DNA of 41,330 nt from Candidatus Nomurabacteria bacterium (lineage in GTDB: Bacteria > Patescibacteriota > Minisyncoccia > Phycocordibacterales > UBA9973), in contig CAWHSF010000004.1 in the NCBI GenBank assembly GCA_963832025.1, forward strand, positions 1-41,330, given 5' to 3'. Shown here piece by piece: positions 30,894-39,793 of the stretch. Below the pieces are notes generated by a model. That model saw only the letters and a list, made by a program, of their open reading frames with translations, made no database searches and was not told where the DNA came from. The translations under genes and the position numbers were made by a program. Each line of letters opens with the position of its first letter. Position 1 is the stretch's first letter.

Positions 30894-32875
30894 TTATAGT
30901 AAATCTTCCGGGTCAACTAATACTTGAAAAGACATTGGAAGAGAAAGCAATTTTGCCAGCAGGTTTTCGTCAATATGTGAATTCATGGAAATTTCCGGCA
31001 GTGACCATTTTTTTGGATCTAATTTTATTAAAGCATTAGTAGTATATTTCTCCTTTTGCTTGGCTATAAAGGCGCTAAAAATCTCGGGCTTATACTCTTT
31101 AAAAACTTCTTCCAGTGCTTTTCTGGCTTTGATTGTTTCTTCTTTATTACCGATATAAGTAATTTTAATAAAACGTCTGAAGGGCGGATAATTTAATTTT
31201 TTTCTATCTTCCAACTCTTCTCGCACAAATGACAACAAATTACCGGATTTTATTGCCAAAATAGAAGTGTCATGTTCGTTTTTTGTTTGGATAATTATTT
31301 TTTCATTCGTATGGCTCATAATTGAAAGTATGATGTGAATAATTCTTTCACCCATTTTAAAATTCGGGATACTCCACAAAGAATCAAAAGAAGCGACAAT
31401 AGATAGCGCAACTTTTTTTTGTAAGTAGAAAAACGCCATTTCTGTGCCGATTAATATTGACCCTGAATTTTCTTCAAACTCTTTTATGATTTTCTCTGCA
31501 CCCTTGGTGGTTTTTGCCGATTCTTTATCCAATTTAAAAATTTTTATTTTTTGGTCAAACACTTTCTCTATTTCTTCATAGATTGTATCTATGCCGATAC
31601 CAAGTGGCATCAAGTTCCAGCTGCCACAATTTTCACAAGCTACGTCTCCATCTACATCTATCTCACAGCGATTACAGACAAAAATTCTTTTTTTATTTTT
31701 CTGTGAACTATAAAGTACAAGTGGCGACCCACATTTTTTACAGCTCAAAGTGTCGTTACAGTCTTTACAAACAGTCATTGTCGCTAAGCCCTTTCGTAAT
31801 GCAAAAATAAAGATACTTTTATTATGAAAAACTGCATTTTTTATTTCTCTCAAACTCTCTTCCGGGAATATTTTAAAGACAGGATTCTTATTCTCTTTTA
31901 CGGGCGTTACATTTTCTTTCTTCATGTTCTTATCAATAATTTCTATTTTTCCTTTGAAATTGGTTCTGAACTGTAAAGGATGAAATGGGGTTAAATTATC
32001 AATATCTTTTCTTTCAATTGTTTCGAGGCGAAGCATTGTGTCGCTTAAAATAAATCTAGCGTTAATTTTTGCTGCAAAAATTCTGCAAAAAATCGCAAAT
32101 CAAAATGAGGTTTAGCTATCATTTTATAAGCGTTTGAGCTTTCGTGTTCTACTATGATGGTCTTTATATCATCTCGAGGAATTGATAAAAAAGGTGTTGT
32201 TCCCAATATCAATATCGGGTGATTCATGATTTCCATCTCTTCAAAATCCTTGAGTATTTTTTTGGGAGTCAAGCTTCCATGTAGAGTAAAGATGAATTGT
32301 TCAATACCTCGAGAAAGTAATCCTTCAAATATTTTTATATCGTATTCGGTCGGTAATACAATAAACACCGACTTTTTTTCTGCGAATGCTCCACGAATCA
32401 AAGTTTTATAAGTAGCAATTCGGTCCAAAAATGGTGCTTGAAAAATTAACTTTTCGGATTTAATTAATTTTGAACTGCTCTCTTTTTTCTTGTCTCTTAA
32501 ATCAGCATTTACTAATTTAGCTATTTTGTCGTAATTTTCCCGCAATGGTGCCGGAATCAAAGCAGTAATCCCATAGTTTTTACTAACAGCAAAATATCTA
32601 CTGGTTTCAATCGCTGCGTGCAAATATTCTGCCGAAAAAATTGAAGTTTCTTTTACTTCACTTATTTTTTTTAAATTAAAAGACATCCCCTTAATATTGG
32701 ATTTTGATTGGGTTGCGTCTTCCACAGAAATTACCAAACCCAATACTTTTTTGTTGCGTAGGGGAATAGTAACAATACTTCCGTTTGTAATATCTTTCGC
32801 CGTAAAATAAGTTAAATTTTCCTTCCAAATTCCTTTTTTGAGCGGAATGACTGTGACAATTTTCATGTTTTTCAT
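30894..32875 (-). pseudogene. priA: PriA-like primosomal protein N', one frame break near 32075; Walker A not recognisable
   Basis: ORFs 32045-32902 and 30894-32036 join via ...FAEFL(A)AKINARFILSDTMLRLETIERK (T5 run). The Cys-rich Zn region CKDCNDTLSCKKCGSPL...CNRCE...CENCGS is retained. The Walker A position reads LIFQAPFLDRIATYK. Confidence 0.7.
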
Positions 32876-32892
32876 TTTAGCACAAATATGAT

Positions 32893-32938
32893 ATACCCTC
32901 ACACCTATTTCCTTGATTTTAAATAGGTGTCGGGGTAT
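32893..32938. promoter_or_regulatory. 18-bp inverted repeat in the divergent priA/mreB control region
   Basis: ataccctcacacctattt (32893-32910) and aaataggtgtcggggtat (32921-32938), 16 of 18 complementary. The right arm overlaps the mreB spacer and -10 hexamer (ttgatt 32913-18, 17 nt, tatatt 32936-41). Confidence 0.5.
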
Positions 32939-32950
32939 ATTGCTTTATAT

Positions 32951-33964
32951 ATGGGTATTTTTTCCAAAAAATTAGGCATAGACTTAGGAACCGCGAATAC
33001 GCTGGTTTTTTTGCCTGGCAAGGGAGTAGTTTTAAATGAACCTTCAGTGGTGGCAGTTTCCGAACAAGATAATAAAATTTTAGCGATTGGCTTTGAAGCT
33101 AAAGACATGATTGGTAAGACTCCTGATTCAATAATCACTTATTGTCCAATGAAAGATGGGGTTATTGCGGACTATCGAGTGACTGAAGCCATGCTTCGTT
33201 ATTTTATCAGTAAAGCAATGGGCAAATTTAATTTTTTCAAACCTGACGTGATGGTTTCCGTGCCGGCCGGCGTCACTTCGACGGAAAGGCGAGCAGTCAT
33301 GGAGGCGGCTATTCGTGCAGGGGCAAAAAATGCGTATGTGGTCAAAGAGCCGATTTTGGCGGCTATTGGCGCAGGTATTCCAATTTATGAATCAAAAGGT
33401 TATATGGTGGTTGATATTGGTGGAGGGACGACGGACGTGGCGGTGATTTCTCTAGGTGGTATTGTGGCTTCAACCTCGGTTAAATTTGCTGGAAATAAAA
33501 TAGATGCTGCAATTGCGGATTATATTAAAAAAACTTTCAACTTGGCAATTGGAGACAGAACAGCAGAGGAAGTAAAAATAAAAATTGGCGCGGCAGTACC
33601 TCTTGAAGAAGAACTTCGTGTGACTATCAAAGGCCGGGACTATATTCAGGGGTTACCCAGGAGCGCACAAGTCGGAACAAATGAAATAGTAAAAGCGATT
33701 GATGCGGAATTGAGGCAAATTATCAAAGCAATCAAAGATGTGTTACAGGAGACTCCTCCGGAACTTGCTTCTGATATTATTGACCACGGAATTATTATGA
33801 CCGGTGGTTCTTCTCAATTGAGAAATTTTACAGATTTGGTTTATAGAAAAACAGGAGTTAAAGCGACACTTGCCGAAGACCCTCTATTTTGTGTAGTTAA
33901 AGGCACAGGCATCGCTCTCGAGCATTTGGATGTTTATAAAAAGACAGTATTAAGTAAAAAATAG
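32951..33964 (+). CDS. mreB: Rod-shape protein MreB
   Basis: MGIFSKKLGIDLGTANTLVF...VVDIGGGTTDVAVISLGGIV...IIMTGGSSQLRN. Confidence 0.9.
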   Translation: MGIFSKKLGIDLGTANTLVFLPGKGVVLNEPSVVAVSEQDNKILAIGFEAKDMIGKTPDSIITYCPMKDGVIADYRVTEAMLRYFISKAMGKFNFFKPDVMVSVPAGVTSTERRAVMEAAIRAGAKNAYVVKEPILAAIGAGIPIYESKGYMVVDIGGGTTDVAVISLGGIVASTSVKFAGNKIDAAIADYIKKTFNLAIGDRTAEEVKIKIGAAVPLEEELRVTIKGRDYIQGLPRSAQVGTNEIVKAIDAELRQIIKAIKDVLQETPPELASDIIDHGIIMTGGSSQLRNFTDLVYRKTGVKATLAEDPLFCVVKGTGIALEHLDVYKKTVLSKK

Positions 33965-34012
33965 ATGTTCAACGTCAAGGCTCCCAGACGTTGGACGTAT
34001 GTAACGCATCTA
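33962..34012 (+). repeat. Nested palindromic element family D, copy D2
   Basis: tagatgttcaacgtc aaggctccca gacgttggacgt atgt aacgcatcta. The mreB TAG stop is the first 3 nt. It fills the gap to the holB ATG (34019). Confidence 0.7.
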
Positions 34013-34018
34013 GAATTT

Positions 34019-34783
34019 ATGAACCTAATCCAATATTTAGATAAAAATAATTTACACCATGCGTATCTAATAGAAGGAGCGCGAAATGAGATTGTTCCAG
34101 AAATTATAGATTTTTTAAAAACTATAGGTGTAAATACAACCGGCAATCCGGATTTTATTTCAATTGCAATTGACAATTTTAAAACTGAGGAGGCTTTCGA
34201 TTTACGCGCAATGTCGTCGGATAAAAGCTTCGGAACAGGTAAAAAAATATTTTTGATTTGTGCCAACAGTTTTTCCTTGGATGCCCAGAATGTTTTACTC
34301 AAGATGTTTGAGGAACCGAAAGAGAACACTCATTTTTTATTGGTTGTGCCTGATATAAATACGCTTTTAAAAACGCTTGTTTCAAGATTTTATGTTATTG
34401 TCACTAAATCCGATTTAAAAGAAGAAATAAAAAAAGCAGAAAAATTTACTGCTATGTCTTTAAAAGATAGAATCGATTTTGTCAAAGAGTTGTTGGCTGA
34501 GATAGAAGAAGAGGACGAAGAAGGAAACGAGATTATTACGCTAGACTCAAATCGTTCCAAAGCTTTAAAATTTTTAAATGCGCTTGAAGTTGTTTTAAAC
34601 GGCAGGTTGGCAAAGAATTTTTCCGGATTACTCCACCCTGCAGATGAAACCTTTCCCATTCAAAATTCTTTGCCAACCTGCCTTGAACACCTTTTCAAGG
34701 TTCGAGAATTTCTTCGTATGCCCGGGAGTTCAGCAAAGAAGCTTATGGAATCTATTGCTTTGATTATTCCAGAGAGAATATGA
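34019..34783 (+). CDS. holB: DNA polymerase III delta' subunit with an in-frame family-A insert
   Basis: MNLIQYLDKNNLHHAYLIEGA...KIFLICANSFSLDAQNVLLKMFEEPKENTHFLLV...LVSRF. The track start at 33965 reads through element D2. Confidence 0.75.
   Translation: MNLIQYLDKNNLHHAYLIEGARNEIVPEIIDFLKTIGVNTTGNPDFISIAIDNFKTEEAFDLRAMSSDKSFGTGKKIFLICANSFSLDAQNVLLKMFEEPKENTHFLLVVPDINTLLKTLVSRFYVIVTKSDLKEEIKKAEKFTAMSLKDRIDFVKELLAEIEEEDEEGNEIITLDSNRSKALKFLNALEVVLNGRLAKNFSGLLHPADETFPIQNSLPTCLEHLFKVREFLRMPGSSAKKLMESIALIIPERI
34601..34682 (+). repeat. Palindromic element family A, copy A3 (in frame in holB)
   Basis: Perfect 21-nt arms ggcaggttggcaaagaatttt / aaaattctttgccaacctgcc. Core ttccggattactccaccctgcagatgaaacctttccc. 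Read as GRLAKNFSGLLHPADETFPIQNSLPTC. Confidence 0.85.
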
Positions 34784-34797
34784 TATAATCATCATCT

Positions 34798-35352
34798 ATG
34801 CAGTATAATTTTTCAAATTTTAAGATAGAGCTTAAAAAAGTGGAAGAATTTTTAGGTAAGGAATATACCCAGCTAAACATCGGCCGAGCTTCGCCGATGG
34901 TGCTGGATAGCATTACAGTAGATTCTTATGGTTCTTTTGTCCCGATTAAAAAATGTTGCTTCTGTGTCTATTGAAGATCCGAAAACTTTGCGCATTACGC
35001 CTTGGGATAAGAGTCAAGTAAAAGAATTGAAAAGGCCATAATCAGTGCAAATTTAGGACTATCTGTAGCGACCGATGATTTGGGTATGAGAGTTATTTTT
35101 CCACAACTGACGACTGAAACAAGGCAAGCCTTAGTAAAAGTTTTAAAAGAAAAATTAGAAGAAAGTAGAATTATTGTTCGTCAGTGAAAGAGAAGTTGTG
35201 TATAGAAGATATGGAAGCAAAAAAAAAAGAAAGTAAGATGACCGAGGATGAAATATTTCGTGCTAAAGAAGAATTGCAAAAAATTATTAATGAAACGAAT
35301 GGCAAGTCTTGAGGCTATTTTTGAAAAAAAAGAACGAGAGGTAATGGGTTAA
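34798..35352 (+). pseudogene. frr: Ribosome recycling factor, at least 4 frame breaks
   Basis: MQYNFSNFKIELKKVEEFLGKEYTQLNIGRASPMVLDSITVDSYGSFVPIK..., ...SIEDPKTLRITPWDKSQVKE..., ...LGMRVIFPQLTTETRQALVKVLKEKLEESRIIVR..., ...MTEDEIFRAKEELQKIINE... lie in shifting frames. Confidence 0.85.
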
Positions 35353-35356
35353 TTTT

Positions 35357-36459
35357 ATGAGTATAGTTATTTTTATTAATAATTTTATTGGTTTTAGTTT
35401 TAGTCCATGAATTTGGACATTTTTTTACCGCGAAAAGATTTGGAATCAGGGTGGATGAATTTGGTTTTGGCTTTCCGCCAAAATTATTTGGTATAAAAAA
35501 AGGAGAAACTGAATACACTTTAAATTTATTACCACTTGGTGGTTTTGTGAGAATTTTTGGCGAGAGTCCTGATGAAGAAAACATAAACGGTCCTGATGCC
35601 AGTAGAAGTTTTGTAAACAAAGCCAAATGGAAACAAGCGCTAGTTCTATTTGCTGGAATTTTTGCGAATTTTTTATTGGCATGGCTTTTATTTTCTTTTT
35701 GTTTTATGTCTGGACTTCCGACTTCTATTGATAGCGAACATAGCTGGCAATCAACTTTCTAATGTCCACTTAGTGGTAGTTTCTGTGTTACCAAAATCTC
35801 CCGCCGAACAAGCTGGATTAAAAACTGGTGATAAAATTATGAGTATCACGTAATGGTAAAAATTCCACAACTAACATCAGCCCAGAAACAGTTCAATCTT
35901 TTGTACTAGATAGCGCAGGAAAAGAAATTGATATTGGATATACTCGTGGCAAAACCCAGAAATAAATCAGGCAAAGATTATTCCGGTTGAAAATAAAACT
36001 GACAACAAGCTGGAAATCGGTATATCTATGGATACAAATAGGCACAGCCAAATTGCCTTTTTTCCAGCCATTTGGGAAGGATTGCGTCTAGACTGGTCTA
36101 TCGCTAAAGAAACCACGATAGGGCTTTATACGCTTGATTATGAGGGTATACAAGGCAAAGGTAGCTTTTCTGAAGTAACTGGCCCAGTAGGTATGGTGGG
36201 CATAGTAGGAGATGCCTATAATTTTGGCTTTGTTTATCTTTTGTCTTTTATGGCTTTAATTTCTATAAATCTTGCAGTTATAAATTTAATTCCATTTCCG
36301 GCTCTTGATGGTGGAAGATTATTCTTTTTATTGATTGAAAAAATAAAAGGTTCGCGTATAAATCCAAGAGTTGCGAATACTGTAAATACTGTTGGTTTTT
36401 GTATTTTAATGTTTCTCATGCTTGTCATTACCTATCACGATGTGGTGAAATTGTTTTAA
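35357..36459 (+). pseudogene. rseP: RseP-type site-2 (M50) zinc metalloprotease, at least 4 frame breaks
   Basis: HEFGHFFTAKRFGIRVDEFGFGFPPKL...LLPLGGFV, PDZ piece VVSVLPKSPAEQAGLKTGDKI, and C-terminal NLIPFPALDGGRLFF. Confidence 0.8.
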
Positions 36460-36493
36460 AATAAAAACAAAATCACGGTACTGATAATTAAAC

Positions 36494-37248
36494 ATGCAAA
36501 CAAAGTTAATTCACGAAGTTCGGGCGGTAAAAAATAAAAAAGAACTTGCGAATATTATTAAAGCGCAAAGAATTAGCGAGCAGGTTTTAAAAGATGTTTT
36601 AAAAATTTTAAAATCAGGAGTGGGTGAAATTGAAATTGCTAATTTTATTAAAAAATCTTTCATAAAATATGGAGCGCCAATTTTATCATTTCCGCCGATT
36701 GTTTCTTTTGGTAAAAATACAGCTAATATTCATCATGAACCCGGTAAATCAAAGCTAAAGAAAGGGGATATAATAATGTTTGATTTTGGATGCACGGTAA
36801 ATCATTATTGTTCTGATATGACGCGTACTTATTTCTGGGGCGAACCCCTCGGCTAAACAGAAGAAAATATATTTAGATGTCTTAAAATCGCAAGAACTTT
36901 CACTAGGAAAAATCAGAAAGGGGAAAAACGAGCAAAAGTTGTAGATAAAATTGCTCGAGACTTTTTAAGTAAAAAAACGCCCGACCGAACGGTCGTTCGG
37001 GCGGGTATAAGAAAAATTTTCAGCATGGCTTGGGTCATGGAGTCGGGACAGTTATTCACGAATGGCCAAATTTTAAACCAAAGAGCGAAGATATTCTTCC
37101 GATTGGATGTGTAATGACCGTAGAACCGGGGATTTACCTAAAAGGTTTTGGCGGAGTGCGTATAGAAGATATGGTTTTAATCACAAAAAATGGATGTATT
37201 AATCTCACTAAAGTTCCAAAGAATTTGGAAAGTGCGATATTAAAATAG
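36494..37248 (+). pseudogene. M24-family Xaa-Pro peptidase (catalytic domain only), 2-3 frame breaks, one at palindrome C1
   Basis: ...FPPIVSFGKNTANIHHEPG..GDIIMFDFGCTVNHYCSDMTRTYFWG..., IARDFLSKK [element] GYKKNFQHGLGHGVGTVIHEWP..., MTVEPGIY...GGVRIEDMVLIT. Confidence 0.75.
36980..37005 (+). repeat. GC hairpin family C, copy C1 (inside the M24 peptidase gene)
   Basis: cccgaccgaacg gt cgttcgggcggg (11 of 12 complementary), located exactly where the reading frame changes. Confidence 0.7.
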
Positions 37249-37250
37249 TT

Positions 37251-37305
37251 TCTCAGACGTTGGACATCTGCAAAGCAGGTGTCCAACATTTTCAACGTCT
37301 AGAGG
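37251..37305 (+). repeat. Nested palindromic element family D, copy D3
   Basis: Starts 3 nt after the peptidase stop. Contains the 29-nt core gttggacatctgcaaagcaggtgtccaac, identical to 17655-17683, flanked by agacgt.../...aacgtctag. Confidence 0.8.
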
Positions 37306-37344
37306 TTAAAATTTGCAAAAAAATGGAGTTATCCACAGTATTTT

Positions 37345-37373
37345 TTGACTTTCTTTTTATAATCTTATATTAT
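37345..37373 (+). promoter_or_regulatory. Putative ddl-alr promoter (TTGACT-17-TATTAT)
   Basis: ttgact 37345-37350, 17-nt spacer, tattat 37368-37373. ATG at 37405. Confidence 0.4.
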
Positions 37374-37404
37374 AAGGATGTAAATAAGATAATTTTTGTA
37401 AAAA

Positions 37405-39792
37405 ATGGCCAAAAAAAACAAAATTAGCGTGGCGGTATTGTGCGGTGGACCTTCTTTAGAAAGAGGAATTTCTATGAATTCTGCTCGAAGTGTTTTGGAT
37501 CACTTGGGTAGTTTGGGAGTAGAAATTGTTCCTGTATATTTTAATGAAAAAAAGAAAGCTTTTAAAATATCTACTGCGCAACTTTATTCAAATACTCCTA
37601 GTGACTTTGATTTTAAATTAGCTATATCGGGCAAAGAGCTTTCCAACTCCTCTCTCATAAAAATTTTAAAAAATGTTGATATTGTTTTTCCGTGTATTCA
37701 TGGAACTTTCGGCGAAGATGGCGAACTCCAAGCATTTTTGGAAAAAAATAAAATTCCATTTATTGGCTCTTCTGCCAGAGCTTGTAAGATGGCCTTCGAT
37801 AAGCACCGAGCAAATGAATATATTCGTTCGTTGGGATTTTTTGCTCCATCATCTATTGTCATTAAAATCACCGATACAAAAAAAGAAATTACGGAAAAAG
37901 TAAAAAATTTGTGGGAAAATGAAAAAATCACTCGCGCTATTGTAAAGCCTGCTTCCGGTGGTTCCAGTATCGGTGTGTTTTCAGTCGAAAATATTTCCGA
38001 TGCGTTAAAAAATATTGAAAATTTATTTAGTAAGCGTATGGATACGCGTGTGGTAATTGAACCATTTGCAGAAGGCCAAGAGTTTACCGTGATTATTTTG
38101 CAAAACAGATTTAATATGCCGGTTGCTATCATCCCGACAGAAATGGAAATGGATTATGATAAGCATCAATTTTTCGATTTCCGTAAAAAATATTTACCAA
38201 CAAGGCAAGTAAAATATCATTGTCCTCCAAGATTTCCTAATGAAATTATTGAAAAAATCCAAATTCAAGCTGAACAACTTTTTTCTGTTTTTGGGATGAC
38301 TGATTTTGCGCGATTTGATGGTTTTTTCATGCCCGATGGCAATATTTGGTTTTCTGACTTTAATCCGATTTCCGGTATGGAACAAAATAGTTTTCTTTTT
38401 CAACAATCTTCTCGTATTGGTTTTTCACACCAAGATCTTTTACGTTATGTTGTTAATAATGCTTTCTTGCGTCGAGATATTCCGGTTTCAGTAGGAAACA
38501 GTTTTCTGAATGAAAGCAAGATTTCTCGCAAGCCAGTTGCTGTATTGTTTGGTGGCGAGACTGCCGAAAAACAAGTTTCTCTGATGAGTGGCACAAATGT
38601 TTGGCTCAAATTGCGTGGCTCTAAAATATATAAGCCATATCCGTATCTGCTGGCTAAAACAGGTGAAGTGTGGGAATTGCCTTATTCTTATATTTTAAAT
38701 CACACCGTAGAAGAAATAATAGAAAATGCAAAAAAAGCAGAAGATGATATCGAAAGATTATTTTTCTTAATTGAAAAAGTAAAAATAAAATTATGCTTAC
38801 ATACATCCGATGTCACGGAAGATTTTTTTATGCCACGAAAGCATTTGTTAAATGATATTTTAGATAAATATAAATTTACTTTTTTGTCTTTACATGGTGG
38901 GGCCGGTGAAGACGGAACCTTGCAAAAAATTCTAGAGAATAAAAAAATAAAATACAATGGTTCAAATAGCGTTGTTTCTAAATTATGTATGGATAAATGG
39001 ACAACTAACGAAATTATTAAAAACGTCAATATAAAAGGTGTCAGTGTGACACCGCACATTCTACTCAAGATAAAAGATGCTCCAAAAAATCCAAATTCAT
39101 ATTGGAATATGCTTTTAGAAAAATTAGAAACCAAAACAATTCTGGTTAAACCAAGAGGCGATGGTTGTTCTGCAGGGGTAGTTCGGCTCTATAATAAAAA
39201 AGATTTGGCAAATTATATTTCTTTAATAAAAAACAAAAAACTTATAGCTTCATCTGGCACTTTTACAAATCAAAACAGCGTTGTAGATATGCCGGAAGGT
39301 GAAGTGAGTGATATTATTTTTGAATCCTTCATCGAAACCGACAAATTGAAAGTCAGTTCCGGAAAAATTATTCATAACAGGAAAACTGGTTATGTAGAAA
39401 TGACTGTCGGTGTTTTTGAGCAGAACGGAAAAACACAAGCATTTTCACCTTCCATCACGATTGCCGAAGCTTCTATTTTGAGTGTGGAAGAAAAATTTCA
39501 AGGTGGTACCGGAGTAAATATTACACCCCCACCAAAAGAAATTATTTCTGTAAAAAATCTCAATAAAGTAAAAAAATCAATTGAAATTATCGCCAAAAAA
39601 ATTGGTATTCGTGGTTATGCCCGCATAGATATTTTTGTTCAAATTCAAACCGGCAACATTATTGTGATAGAGATTAACACTCTACCTGGGCTTACTCCTT
39701 CTACGGTAATTTACCATCAAGCCTTGGCGGAGAGTAAGCCAATATTTCCAAAAGAATTTTTAGAATTATTGATAAAAAATAAAGGGTATTAA
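37405..39792 (+). CDS. ddl: Tandem D-alanine--D-alanine ligase fusion (two complete ATP-grasp Ddl modules, 795 aa)
   Basis: Module 1: ISVAVLCGGPSLERGISMNSA...CIHGTFGEDGELQAFLE...VKPASGGSSIGV...DFNPISGM. Module 2 (from about 38527): KPVAVLFGGETAEKQVSLMSG...SLHGGAGEDGTLQKILE...VKPRGDGCSAGV...EINTLPGLTP. Confidence 0.8.
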   Translation: MAKKNKISVAVLCGGPSLERGISMNSARSVLDHLGSLGVEIVPVYFNEKKKAFKISTAQLYSNTPSDFDFKLAISGKELSNSSLIKILKNVDIVFPCIHGTFGEDGELQAFLEKNKIPFIGSSARACKMAFDKHRANEYIRSLGFFAPSSIVIKITDTKKEITEKVKNLWENEKITRAIVKPASGGSSIGVFSVENISDALKNIENLFSKRMDTRVVIEPFAEGQEFTVIILQNRFNMPVAIIPTEMEMDYDKHQFFDFRKKYLPTRQVKYHCPPRFPNEIIEKIQIQAEQLFSVFGMTDFARFDGFFMPDGNIWFSDFNPISGMEQNSFLFQQSSRIGFSHQDLLRYVVNNAFLRRDIPVSVGNSFLNESKISRKPVAVLFGGETAEKQVSLMSGTNVWLKLRGSKIYKPYPYLLAKTGEVWELPYSYILNHTVEEIIENAKKAEDDIERLFFLIEKVKIKLCLHTSDVTEDFFMPRKHLLNDILDKYKFTFLSLHGGAGEDGTLQKILENKKIKYNGSNSVVSKLCMDKWTTNEIIKNVNIKGVSVTPHILLKIKDAPKNPNSYWNMLLEKLETKTILVKPRGDGCSAGVVRLYNKKDLANYISLIKNKKLIASSGTFTNQNSVVDMPEGEVSDIIFESFIETDKLKVSSGKIIHNRKTGYVEMTVGVFEQNGKTQAFSPSITIAEASILSVEEKFQGGTGVNITPPPKEIISVKNLNKVKKSIEIIAKKIGIRGYARIDIFVQIQTGNIIVIEINTLPGLTPSTVIYHQALAESKPIFPKEFLELLIKNKGY

Positions 39793-39793
39793 A

